Source: an uncultured cyanobacterium
GTDB taxonomy: Bacteria; Cyanobacteriota; Cyanobacteriia; Cyanobacteriales; Nostocaceae
Length of the DNA stretch: 64,000 nt
Assembly: GCA_963706595.1 (NCBI GenBank)
Contig: OY970166.1
Coordinates: 2,880,001 to 2,944,000, forward strand
Direction: 5' to 3'
A program made the translations under genes and the position numbers. Positions 43,138 through 53,071 of the stretch are shown piece by piece. The stretch's first letter is position 1, and the number at the start of each line of letters is the position of its first letter. The notes under the pieces were generated by a model. That model saw nothing but the letters and a program-made list of their open reading frames with translations, was not told the DNA's origin and ran no database searches.

Positions 43138-43633
43138 CTGCCCGCTTGTCACTTCTTGTGCCGAGGATGGGAGATGAAGCATAGGGATTTAACTTCCTTT
43201 CCTGTGTAGATTGCGGCTTTTAGCTCATCTATAGCTTAAATGTTATGGAAACATGATATTCGCGTCATGCTGTGAAACCCAATTGCCGCCATTTGTGATG
43301 AAATCATGACATTGCGATCCCCAAAGAGCTTATAAATTCGTACAACAGGCAAAAAAGTGCCTGTAACCCCCTTGATCCCTAGTCAGGTTTACTGGTTAAT
43401 ATTTACTTAACATTCATAACTGCTTCGATCCCAAAGAAATGCTGATCATGGCATGATCGCGGAATCGAGAGGTAGTTACCCTCAATTTAAGAACAAACTA
43501 AAAATTTAAAAGCTGGGCAAAACCAGAAGTCAGGAATCAGAAATTTATCTGGGGTAGATGACATTTTATTTTTATAGAAGATTCTGTAACCCAGGGAAAT
43601 CATTTACCTTGCAAACTACTGGAGGCCAAAGGT

Positions 43634-44902
43634 ATGGCAAAAGAACGCCCACCACTAGAGGAGATGACATTAAGGCAATTACGAAAAGTTGCCAGTGAAT
43701 ATAGCATCTCTCGCTATAGCCGAATGCGTAAATCTCAATTGCTGGCAGCGATTCAAGAAGTCCAGCGCAGCAAAATATCGCTTAGTCCAACTCGTTCACT
43801 GGAGGCACAGGAAACCGTGGAAGCAGCAAAATTTGAATTAGGTCAAGAAGACCGGACTGGTGGTTCTTTGGCGGATGTTGATGAAGGACTTGCAGACCTA
43901 CCACAAGGTTATGGTGAAAGCCGGATTGTACTTTTACCCCGCGACCCTCAATGGGCTTATACCTACTGGGATATTCCCCATGAACACAAAGCGGAACTAC
44001 GGCAGCAAGGGGGACAGCAACTAGCATTACGGATATATGATGTTACCGACATCGATATTGACAACCAAAGCCCTCACAGCATTCAAGAATATCCGGCTGA
44101 CGAACTGGCCAGAGAATGGTATATTCCCATTCCAGTGAGCGATCGCGATTATGTTATAGATATTGGCTACCGTACTGCTGATGGTCGTTGGTTAGTATTG
44201 GCACGTTCTGCGAGAGTACACATTCCTCCCGTTTATCCATCTGACTGGATTGAAGATGCCTTTGTGACTGTCAATTTTGAAGAAGATTTACGTGGTCAAA
44301 CTGTTTACGAATTAGTCCCCCCTGCGAAGAAAGCAGCAGCCGCAGCTTCAGCAGGAGTAGCAGTAAATGGTAACAGTAACCCCATATACGAAGAAATCTT
44401 TGGCTTGGCTGAATCTGCTGAATCACAACGAGTTGCTGGTTCTATCTTCGGTTCCATGCACCAAGTACCAGGTTCTGCACGTCCTGAAGAGGCGATTAGT
44501 TCCTACGTTTTCCCCTCTGGTGTGGGGATGTGGGCGGTTCCCACTGCGTCTGGTTTAACCATGTCTGGTGCGGGTATGTCTGGTGCGGGCTTCTCGGCTG
44601 GCGTACCAATGAGTCCCCGCAAATTCTGGTTAGTTGCTGACGCTGAGTTGATTGTCTACGGTGCAACTGAACCTGATGCAACTGTTACTATTGGCGGTCG
44701 TCAAATTAAGCTAAATCCAGATGGGACATTCCGCTTCCAAATGTCTTTCCAAGATGGTTTAATTGACTATCCAATTGTGGGTGTGGCGGCTGATGGTGAA
44801 CAAACACGATCAATTCAAATGAAGTTTAATCGTGAGACTCCATCTCGAAATACCAATACGAAGGATGAAGCTGTTGTAGAATGGTCTCCCTTCAGTCGCT
44901 GA
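43634..44902 (+). CDS. DUF4912 protein with N-terminal Rho-N-like domain
   Basis: MTLRQLRKVA...YSRMRKSQL; LLPRDPQWAYTYWD; FWLVADAELIVYGATEP. Confidence 0.88.
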   Translation: MAKERPPLEEMTLRQLRKVASEYSISRYSRMRKSQLLAAIQEVQRSKISLSPTRSLEAQETVEAAKFELGQEDRTGGSLADVDEGLADLPQGYGESRIVLLPRDPQWAYTYWDIPHEHKAELRQQGGQQLALRIYDVTDIDIDNQSPHSIQEYPADELAREWYIPIPVSDRDYVIDIGYRTADGRWLVLARSARVHIPPVYPSDWIEDAFVTVNFEEDLRGQTVYELVPPAKKAAAAASAGVAVNGNSNPIYEEIFGLAESAESQRVAGSIFGSMHQVPGSARPEEAISSYVFPSGVGMWAVPTASGLTMSGAGMSGAGFSAGVPMSPRKFWLVADAELIVYGATEPDATVTIGGRQIKLNPDGTFRFQMSFQDGLIDYPIVGVAADGEQTRSIQMKFNRETPSRNTNTKDEAVVEWSPFSR

Positions 44903-45014
44903 TGGTGAATTGAGAATTTAAAGTATTCCCCGCTATATTAATTTTATGGCGGGTTTTTGTTTGTTTTTTGGAGAATCATTTCACCCCACCCCCAGCCCCT
45001 CCCCGCAAGCGAGG

Positions 45015-45169
45015 CTACGGTGTACACACAAGTCAGGAAATTCTCTTTTGCGTCATAAAACCCCACCCCTAGCCCCTCCCCGCAAGCGAGGAGGGGAACA
45101 AGATTTCTGATTAAATCTTGTTTTTAGGGCTGGAAACTCTTTTTGGCTGAGGATGTGTGTACACGGTAG
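45015..45169. mobile_element. MITE (155 bp) with 16-bp terminal inverted repeats and 9-10-bp target duplication
   Basis: ctacggtgtacacaca / tgtgtgtacacggtag (1 mismatch); gcaagcgagg (45005-45014) versus acaagcgagg (45170-45179). Confidence 0.8.
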
Positions 45170-45284
45170 ACAAGCGAGGAGGGGAGAATATGAGACAGAA
45201 AATCTCTGAAACTTTCATTACTCTGTGTTCTCTGCGTCCTCTGTGGTTCGTTCTTTCATAAAAATCAGAGGAAAGCGCCAAGAA

Positions 45285-45942
45285 TTAAACCTTAGCTAAA
45301 CTTTGGGCTTTTAAATAAGTAAATACAGATTTATCGCCAATATCTGGCGGAATGGCTTGGAATGCTTTACGCAGTGCAAATATTAGAAACAAAATTGGAC
45401 CAAGTTCCTAATAAGATTTGTTCCCAGTGAGTTGGTAAAATTCCTACTAAATGTCCCAGTAAAAGTATCGGTACTATGAAAGTTAATAACTTAGTTTCTA
45501 GGCGATTAAAGCAAAAAGCTTCTTTGAAAAAAATACCTGTTAATGCTACGAAGGTAAAACCTATGCCAAATAATGTTAGCGGTTGGTTGTAAACTGCGAT
45601 CGCTAAAGGTTCACTACTAGACAATGCCAGTACTACTGCTGATATACTGCCGATAGCCCAAAAAACTTGTAATAGTCGGTGCAGAAATGCCATGTAAATG
45701 TGAATGGTTAATAAGCTGATACCTAGACCCAGACTAAAACAGGCATATAAAGGAGTGAGTGCGGCTATAGTATGAGGATTATTGTTGAATAGAACCAAGG
45801 CGCTGCTTATAGCAAAGCTGATTGCTGCTACCATTAACCCAGCCCGGTAGATAATCACGCCTGTGCGATCGCTATCATCAACTGTAAATTCCCCAAACTG
45901 ACCTTGATAAACTTCTGGTGTCGATAGTGTTTGTGTATTCAT
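45285..45942 (-). pseudogene. DUF2301 membrane protein; +1 frameshift at about 45398 (probably a sequencing error)
   Basis: YQGQFGEF, IHIY, FKEAFCF; the C-terminus IPPDIGDKSVF continues in another frame to TAA at 45287-45285. Confidence 0.8.
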
Positions 45943-45995
45943 GTTTAGTGAATTTTGTCAATAGTATTTCAACGGAAAATTTAATTTTCTCAATT

Positions 45996-46817
45996 CTATG
46001 CGGTTTGGTTTGACTCCAAGTATAAAATTTGTAACGCATCTCGCCAGTTAATCTGCAACTGTGAGGAAGCATTACCGCTATTGATGGCAATTTCTACCCA
46101 GCCATGACTACCAACTAAAGCGGCTACTTCTCCCACTTTAACATCACTATAAGTTTCACATCCCGGTATAATCATCCCAGCCGCTTGCACACACCAACTT
46201 TTACCTTGCAGATATTTTCCGGGAATATTGCTGACTAAGTTGCCAAAATAATCAATATATTGAATACAACCTTTGACATCGGAATGAGTTTGTTGACATT
46301 CGCCTATCTCCAACTGTACCAAAGTGGCTGGATCGATTTCTTTTCCTAGCTGTTTTAAAGCGACACCACTAGCAAGATGAGCGCCCACAGGTGCAAAAAT
46401 ATCTCTACCGTGAAAAGTTTTGCTGGGTTCAGGTGTGCGCCAATAGTTAGTGTTTGTGAGTTCAACGGTATGAATGGCTGGACTTTGACTAAGTATGCCA
46501 CTAAATATGCCATTATCTGGACCTACCAGAAAACCTTGAGCAAATTCTACCGCGATCGCTCTGCGCCTACCACCCACTCCCGGATCTACCACCGCCACGT
46601 ATACTGTACCCACGGGGAAATAGGGGTAAACATTGATTAGACAAAACCTAGCTGCGGCGATATTTTGCGGCGGAATCTGGTGTGTCAAGTCTACTACCCT
46701 AATCTGGGCATTGATTTGAGCCACAACTCCTTTCATGACACTAACATAAACATCGCGATCGCCAAAATCGCTCATGAGTGCCAGGAGTGATGCTTGATTT
46801 ATTTGTTGTTCAGGCAT
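45996..46817 (-). CDS. SAM hydrolase / SAM-dependent halogenase-family (DUF62) protein
   Basis: SDFG, DLTH, VVDPGVG, GPDNG, TFHGRDIFAP, IDYFGN. Confidence 0.9.
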   Translation of the reverse strand: MPEQQINQASLLALMSDFGDRDVYVSVMKGVVAQINAQIRVVDLTHQIPPQNIAAARFCLINVYPYFPVGTVYVAVVDPGVGGRRRAIAVEFAQGFLVGPDNGIFSGILSQSPAIHTVELTNTNYWRTPEPSKTFHGRDIFAPVGAHLASGVALKQLGKEIDPATLVQLEIGECQQTHSDVKGCIQYIDYFGNLVSNIPGKYLQGKSWCVQAAGMIIPGCETYSDVKVGEVAALVGSHGWVEIAINSGNASSQLQINWRDALQILYLESNQTA

Positions 46818-46854
46818 GGCTTAATGATGAAATTATATTAAGACACAATTTTCT

Positions 46855-46868
46855 GTATCGACAGATAC
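46855..46868. promoter_or_regulatory. NtcA-binding site at a repressing position in the pirA promoter
   Basis: tGTA-TCGACAGA-TAC, 6 bp upstream of a TATGAT -10 box (46875-46880). Confidence 0.75.
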
Positions 46869-46924
46869 TAAAAATATGATATGTTAAGAATACCAGACAT
46901 AAAAAATTAAACAGGAGTATTATT

Positions 46925-47080
46925 ATGAGTCAGAATAGACTACAAGCTATCAGTCAAGCCCAAGAAGCTCATAGAGCGAATATTCAAAAAAGCCTAGAGC
47001 ATCGCTTGCAAGTAGCCAAGGCTAAGAGTGACGATCGGCTAATTCATCAACTCGAAGCTGAAATCAAATATATTCGTTGA
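46925..47080 (+). CDS. pirA: PII-interacting regulator of arginine synthesis PirA (51 aa; not in the ORF track)
   Basis: MSQNRLQAISQAQEAHRANIQKSLEHRLQVAKAKSDDRLIHQLEAEIKYIR; aggag RBS; NtcA box; downstream terminator. Confidence 0.85.
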   Translation: MSQNRLQAISQAQEAHRANIQKSLEHRLQVAKAKSDDRLIHQLEAEIKYIR

Positions 47081-47114
47081 ATAAAAAATTTATACTTCCT
47101 AGTTTTTTTGTGTA

Positions 47115-47138
47115 AAACCCAGCTTCGGCTGGTTTTTT
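47115..47138 (+). terminator. intrinsic terminator after pirA
   Basis: ccagc-ttcg-gctgg followed by tttttt. Confidence 0.7.
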
Positions 47139-47207
47139 AATGCATGGAAAAATCAAACACAAAAGTCTTTCTCAAGTCTCAATGATGCAAAGATATGGGA
47201 CAGCGTT

Positions 47208-48584
47208 ATGGAAAAAAAGATGCTGACCAAATCGCATATCCGCACCGAAATTAATGAGTTTATTAAACTGGCGATTCCGTTAGCTGGCGCTCAAGTGGCT
47301 CAAGCTGGTGTTGGGTTCGTAGACACCATTATGATGGGGCAACTGGGAGCAGAAAGTTTGGCAGCTGGTGGATTGGCATCTACATCATTTCAGTTTGTCT
47401 TGAATACGTCGAGTGGTGTAGTTATAGCAGTTAGTCTGCTAGTGGCTGAAGCACAGGGAGCAGGTGACAAAAGGCAAATTGAGCAAATTGTCCGCCAGGG
47501 GCTTTGGCTGTCTCTGATTCTGGGCATTCCCATGATGTTGCTAGTAGGGCATCTAAATTCTGTGATGCTTCACCTGGGACAAGCTGCATCAACGGTGAGA
47601 TTAGCACAGGGCTATCTCAACTTTGTTTTGTGGGGAATATTCCCAAGCTTGGGATTTATCATGCTCAGAGGCTATGTTTCAGCCCTTTCTCAAGCGAGTG
47701 TAGTCTTACCACTGGTGATTCTGGGAACATTAGTGAATGTAGCAGGTAACTATGTTCTCGGCTATGGTAAGTTTGGTTTTCCGCGAATGGAATTGGCAGG
47801 ACTGGGGTTAGCCAGCGCCATTGGGTTATGGACAATGTTCTTAGGATTGCTGATTTACACCCGCCTTCACCCACAACTCAAGCAGTATCCATTCTGGCGG
47901 AATTTACATCAACTTAGACCGAAAATTCTTCAGCAGTTGGCTAGAATTGGCGTGGCGATCGCAGTCACAATTGCGGTGGAGTACGGGTTATTTACAGCAG
48001 TGACGTTTTTTATGGGAACATTGGGAGTTGAGGTCTTAGCGGCTCACCAAACGGTTTATCAAACCATGATGTTGATTTTCATGGTTCCATTAGGGATGTC
48101 CTATGCCGTCACAGTCAGGGTGGGGTTTTGGTTGGGACAACAAAATATTGCCGGCGCTCGAAGAGCAGGATACGTAGGTGTAACTATTGCTGGCGCTTTT
48201 ATGATTTTGACAGCGATTGTGCTGCTCAGTTATCCACAACAGATAATTGGTATTTATTTAGACATTAATCAACCAGCGAATGCAGAGTTATTCCAGCTGG
48301 CGATGCCGATGTTGTTCATCTCGGCATTATCACAATTCTGGGATGGAGTACAACGGGTGGCTATGGGCGCATTATATGGACTTCAAGATACACAAGTCCC
48401 CATGTTGTTGAGTATTTTAAGTTTTTGGGGAATTGGCTTAACTAGTGGCTATGTGCTGGGATTCCCTCTAGGATTTGGCGGAGTGGGATTATGGGTTGGA
48501 CAGTCTTTTGGCGTAGCGATCGCGGGGATGATTTTCCTCTGGCGTTTTCACAGACTCACGTTTAAGCTGAAAACGCTCTTGTAG
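47208..48584 (+). CDS. MATE family efflux transporter
   Basis: FVDTIMMGQLG, about 12 TM segments, AAHQ, DGVQ. Confidence 0.93.
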   Translation: MEKKMLTKSHIRTEINEFIKLAIPLAGAQVAQAGVGFVDTIMMGQLGAESLAAGGLASTSFQFVLNTSSGVVIAVSLLVAEAQGAGDKRQIEQIVRQGLWLSLILGIPMMLLVGHLNSVMLHLGQAASTVRLAQGYLNFVLWGIFPSLGFIMLRGYVSALSQASVVLPLVILGTLVNVAGNYVLGYGKFGFPRMELAGLGLASAIGLWTMFLGLLIYTRLHPQLKQYPFWRNLHQLRPKILQQLARIGVAIAVTIAVEYGLFTAVTFFMGTLGVEVLAAHQTVYQTMMLIFMVPLGMSYAVTVRVGFWLGQQNIAGARRAGYVGVTIAGAFMILTAIVLLSYPQQIIGIYLDINQPANAELFQLAMPMLFISALSQFWDGVQRVAMGALYGLQDTQVPMLLSILSFWGIGLTSGYVLGFPLGFGGVGLWVGQSFGVAIAGMIFLWRFHRLTFKLKTLL

Positions 48585-48661
48585 AGACGCGATACCAGTC
48601 GCGACAACTTCAGGAAAGTTGGCAACGTCCTGGCCATTAATCGCATCTCTACTCAGAAATT

Positions 48662-48775
48662 TTAACCGCCCAATTCGTTGGGGCGCTTGTATTGCTGATA
48701 GGCGGCGAAAAATAGCCCAGCCAGAGTAACCACAATCAGACCAAGGACAATACCGGATAGCAAGGGTTCAACCAC
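48662..48775 (-). CDS. petG: cytochrome b6-f complex subunit V (37 aa; not in the ORF track)
   Basis: [40 protein letters not shown] start after aggag. Confidence 0.95.
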   Translation of the reverse strand: MVEPLLSGIVLGLIVVTLAGLFFAAYQQYKRPNELGG

Positions 48776-48985
48776 TTTCAGTCTCCTGTTTACAATTGTT
48801 CAATATTCGTTTCTGCTGTTCATTCTACCAAACACTTGTGATGAATCCCTAGTCCGACAATGCTTTGGCAAGACTAATGATCATAAAGAAATTATCATTT
48901 GTGCTTGCAGACACGATCAAGAACTTTTAAGCTATGTGTAGGAAATGAAAAATTTTTAGTACACTCCACTTCTACGGCAAACCTT

Positions 48986-49360
48986 TTGGAAAACCAGATT
49001 ACCAAACCGGAAACTCTGATTCAGTGGATCGCCTTGTCGGCTCTGGTGATACTGCTAGCAGCCCCTTTGGGCATTTTTGGTGTTCAAATGGTTAGAGCTT
49101 CTGATCCTTACGTGAAGAATGTCTTTTCCCTCAAAGGAGACTCAGTTCAAGGACACGCGATCTTTCAAATTAACTGCGCTGCTTGTCATGGACCCGAAGC
49201 CGATGGGCTAGTTGGTCCGAGTTTGCAAGGCGTATCAAAGCGCAAGTCACAATATAAGCTGATTCATCAAGTGATTAGTGGCGAAACACCGCCAATGCCA
49301 AAATTCCAACCTAGCGTTCAAGAAATGGCAGATTTATTGAGCTATTTGGAAACGCTGTAA
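48986..49360 (+). CDS. cytM: cytochrome cM
   Basis: CAACH haem motif, GETPPMPKFQP, N-terminal TM; divergent from petG; TTG start inferred. Confidence 0.85.
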   Translation: MENQITKPETLIQWIALSALVILLAAPLGIFGVQMVRASDPYVKNVFSLKGDSVQGHAIFQINCAACHGPEADGLVGPSLQGVSKRKSQYKLIHQVISGETPPMPKFQPSVQEMADLLSYLETL

Positions 49361-49656
49361 TTTAGATTCGGATAATTTTTATACCTATGTATTGATATTT
49401 AAACTTAAAGATGTATCCGATTTTTTGTCTACATAGAGAAAAGGAAACATTAGTTTGTCAAGTTTTATAGCTAAATTACGGGTACGAACACTCATACCAA
49501 TTTGGGATTGGGAAGTCCCAAAAGTCTTGATTACAAGGCTGTTATAGAAGTATAGAATCATATTATCCTTTCCTATTTGCGATCAGAGATTCACTCTCAA
49601 CGCAGCTCGATATGTAAATTCGATATAAAATCTAAAACTTAAAATCAAAAATTACA

Positions 49657-51048
49657 ATGGCAACCCTAACTCCTAATTCTAGTTTTAGTTTGACCCTGCG
49701 TTTGCAAATTCCCAACCGTGTGGGGATGTTAGCATCAATTACCCAGGCGATCGCATCTTGTGGCGGTAATCTCGGTCAAATCGATTTAATTGAACAAACC
49801 CGGCATGAATCTACCCGTGATATTACTGTAGATGCAGCTAGTACCGAACACGCCGAGACTATTGTGCAAGCAGTGAAAGCATTGCCAGATATTAAGTTGC
49901 TCAGTGTTTATGACCGCACCTTTAATTTGCATCGTGGGGGCAAAATTGGCATTGTCAGCCGCATTCCCATCAAGAGTGTTTCTGATTTAGCAATGGCTTA
50001 TACTCCTGGAGTTGGTCGAATTTGTACAGCGATCGCTCAAGACCCAGAGGAAGTTTACAGTTTAACCATTAAACAAAACACCGTCGCCATTGTTACCGAT
50101 GGTAGTGCCGTTTTGGGTTTGGGAAATCTGGGACCCTCTGCGGCTTTACCAGTCATGGAAGGGAAAGCGATGCTATTCAAAGAATTTGCGGGGCTTGATG
50201 CTTTCCCCATCTGTCTCGACACCCAAGATACAGATGAAATTGTGCGGACAGTCAAACATCTGGCTCCCGTTTTTGGTGGTGTCAACTTAGAAGATATTGC
50301 TGCGCCCCGTTGCTTTGAAATCGAAAAAAGATTACGAGCCGAACTAAATATCCCAGTGTTTCATGATGACCAACATGGTACAGCCATTGTTACCTTAGCA
50401 GCCTTGTTTAACGCCTTAAAACTTGTCAATAAGTCAATAGCAGAAATCCGGATTGTGATTAATGGTGCTGGTGCGGCTGGAGTGGCGATCGCGCGGTTAC
50501 TTCGCAAAGCTGGAGCCGAAAAAATCTGGATGTGCGACTCCAAAGGAATTATCTCTACCAGCCGCACTGATTTGACCCCAGAGAAGCAAGAATTCGCCGT
50601 TAAAGCCCAGGGTACACTGGGGGGTGCAATGCAAGGCGCAGATGTGTTCATCGGCGTAAGCGCACCCGGAGTATTGACAGTGGAAATGGTGCAAGCAATG
50701 GCTAAGGACCCGATTGTGTTTGCTATGGCTAATCCCATTCCCGAAATTCAGCCCGAATTAGTCAGTAAAATTGTCGCTGTTATGGCCACAGGTCGCAGTG
50801 ACTACCCGAATCAAATTAATAACGTCTTGGCTTTTCCGGGAGTATTTCGTGGGGCTTTAGATTGTCGCGCCCAGACAATTACCACTACCATGTGTTTAGA
50901 AGCAGCCAGTGCGATCGCCTCCTTAGTCAAACCTTCAGACTTAAATCGGGAACACATCATCCCATCAGTCTTTGATCAACGGGTTGCGCCTGCTGTAGCT
51001 GCGGCTGTCCAACAAGCCGCCCGTCAAGAAGGAATCGCCAAGAGTTAA
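49657..51048 (+). CDS. malic enzyme with N-terminal ACT domain
   Basis: AYTPGV, PVMEGK, NLEDI, FHDDQHGT, GAGAAG, NQINNVLAFPG. Confidence 0.95.
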   Translation: MATLTPNSSFSLTLRLQIPNRVGMLASITQAIASCGGNLGQIDLIEQTRHESTRDITVDAASTEHAETIVQAVKALPDIKLLSVYDRTFNLHRGGKIGIVSRIPIKSVSDLAMAYTPGVGRICTAIAQDPEEVYSLTIKQNTVAIVTDGSAVLGLGNLGPSAALPVMEGKAMLFKEFAGLDAFPICLDTQDTDEIVRTVKHLAPVFGGVNLEDIAAPRCFEIEKRLRAELNIPVFHDDQHGTAIVTLAALFNALKLVNKSIAEIRIVINGAGAAGVAIARLLRKAGAEKIWMCDSKGIISTSRTDLTPEKQEFAVKAQGTLGGAMQGADVFIGVSAPGVLTVEMVQAMAKDPIVFAMANPIPEIQPELVSKIVAVMATGRSDYPNQINNVLAFPGVFRGALDCRAQTITTTMCLEAASAIASLVKPSDLNREHIIPSVFDQRVAPAVAAAVQQAARQEGIAKS

Positions 51049-51123
51049 TTCCTCCTTGTAGAGACGCGATTTATCGCGTCTTCTTGATTTATATTCTTGA
51101 TCGCATCCCTATTTTTAACTCTC

Positions 51124-52125
51124 TTATTTCAAAGGAATAAAACCAGCACGTTCAACAGCCTGTTGTCCTGGAGGAGATAAAGCCAACTCCACAAATTGCT
51201 TAACGGCTGGGCTAGTTTTACGTGGTACTGCTAAATAAACAACGCGACTAATTGGGTAAGTACCATTTTTAACTAAAGCTTTATCTGTCGGCGATATCCC
51301 ATTAATAGGAACAATGCGAACACTTTGCTGATTTTCAATTTGAGTCACAGTGCTATAGCTAATACCGTCATTACCTAAAGCCCGTAAAATAGGCGTAGTT
51401 TCATCTTGCAGCACCGTAGTAAAATTACCACCATCAGGAGCAAAAGCTTTACCAGAAAGTACTGCCTCCTGAAAGAATGAATGAGTCCCACTGTCACGAG
51501 AACGGTTAATCACCTTTATAGGTAGATTCGGTCCACCCACTTCCGACCAGTTGGTGATTTGTCCGAGAAAAATTAAACGCAACTGTTCTACAGTTAATCC
51601 CCCTTTGTATGGGTTATTAATACCTACCGCCACAGCTAAACCATCACGCGCAATAGGTACTCCCACAATTCCTGCTGACAATTCGCTACCATTCAGGGGA
51701 CGTGAACTAGCTGCCATTAATACTTTGCCATCAATCAGGTTTTTTAATCCCGCATTAGTACCATTAGGTTTACCATCAGGCATCCCGTAAGTTGTGGGTA
51801 AATTAGGATTTAAAAAATTATAGGCAATCTGAAACTGTTTAACTAGAGTGACTATAGTTACACTGCCATCAATGCTTAAAACTGTTGGGTTTGGTAAACT
51901 TGCATCTAAACTTCCTACATCAAAACCTTGAACTGGACTAGATTCAGACCCAGAAGATTGATCCTTATTTAAAGCTTGCGATGCATTCTGATTGGGTTCT
52001 ATAGAATTTGGTGTTAGTCCAGGCAATAGTTTGAAGTACCACAAACCCAATCCTAAAACTCCACCAGTGAGCAATAGAGTCAGCACCAGTATAAGTATTT
52101 CTCTATTTTTGCTGTTTGTAGACAT
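51124..52125 (-). CDS. phosphate ABC transporter substrate-binding protein (PstS-like)
   Basis: IDGS, AASSR, IFLGQITNWSEVGG, RDSGT, YPISR. Confidence 0.88.
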   Translation of the reverse strand: MSTNSKNREILILVLTLLLTGGVLGLGLWYFKLLPGLTPNSIEPNQNASQALNKDQSSGSESSPVQGFDVGSLDASLPNPTVLSIDGSVTIVTLVKQFQIAYNFLNPNLPTTYGMPDGKPNGTNAGLKNLIDGKVLMAASSRPLNGSELSAGIVGVPIARDGLAVAVGINNPYKGGLTVEQLRLIFLGQITNWSEVGGPNLPIKVINRSRDSGTHSFFQEAVLSGKAFAPDGGNFTTVLQDETTPILRALGNDGISYSTVTQIENQQSVRIVPINGISPTDKALVKNGTYPISRVVYLAVPRKTSPAVKQFVELALSPPGQQAVERAGFIPLK

Positions 52126-52306
52126 ATTTTAGTATTGACCCTAATTTACCAACTTGATAGAGGTTTCCAGCTACCACCCAAAGGTTATTTTGTCATACTT
52201 TTAATACAATTGCCCTCTGAAAAATTCCGGATTTGACAGTGGATAACCAGCTAGACGCACCGGAAACTGTTTCTCAGATAGGTATCAATGTCGGGCTACA
52301 GTATTT

Positions 52307-53053
52307 CTATTCTGCGTTCAAAAATTCTAAATACCCTTTGCTGAGTTCTTTCACCGCTAAGTCATAAAATTGCTTACCGTGTTCTGGGGTTGCTAAAGCC
52401 GGATTTGAACCCATGCGTCCGTCTGGGTAACTTTTACGGAAGTCAGTTGCACTATAAATTCTGTGTCCACTGGCAACTTCTGGTGAGAGGGGTGCTTGTT
52501 TTATGGACTCTGGATAAATATACTGGGTAAGGGCGACTTCACTAGGAGTTGCATGAGAGCCTTCTTGGTCGCCATATAATTCTTTAGCGAGTTTGTATAC
52601 AGAACCGCACATAAACCAGTTAGCTACTTGACATTGTACCTGTTGGGCGTTGGCAATCTGCAAATCTTCCAAATGTGCGTAAGTTTCCGAAAAAGCAGCT
52701 TTGAGGGTGGCAATATTACCGCCGTGTCCGTTGATAAAATAGAATTTGGCAAAACCAGCTTTAGTTAAACAGGTGATGTAATCTCGTACTACCTGAATCA
52801 TCGTACTGGGACGCAGACTTATTGTGCCAGGAAAAGCGGTATGATGTAATGCCATGCCCACATTGATTGTAGGACCAATGAGCGCTTGAGTTGCTTCACC
52901 TACACCACGTGCGATCGCCTCTGCACAAATCGCATCAGTCCCAATTAAACCTGTGGGACCATGTTGTTCAGTAGAACCAATGGGGAGAATAATACCCCGT
53001 GATTGTTGTAAATAAGCTTCAACTTCTGTCCAAGTGCTTAAATGTAGTTGCAT
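52307..53053 (-). CDS. creatininase family protein
   Basis: PIGSTEQHG, FPGTISL, INGHGGN, SHA..E. Confidence 0.92.
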   Translation of the reverse strand: MQLHLSTWTEVEAYLQQSRGIILPIGSTEQHGPTGLIGTDAICAEAIARGVGEATQALIGPTINVGMALHHTAFPGTISLRPSTMIQVVRDYITCLTKAGFAKFYFINGHGGNIATLKAAFSETYAHLEDLQIANAQQVQCQVANWFMCGSVYKLAKELYGDQEGSHATPSEVALTQYIYPESIKQAPLSPEVASGHRIYSATDFRKSYPDGRMGSNPALATPEHGKQFYDLAVKELSKGYLEFLNAE

Positions 53054-53071
53054 TTTGCAGAAAAATCTAGA

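Noticed and set aside
45996..46817. Halogenase or natural-product gene
   Set aside because: Motifs fit the widespread DUF62 SAM hydrolase group, and no biosynthetic genes are adjacent.
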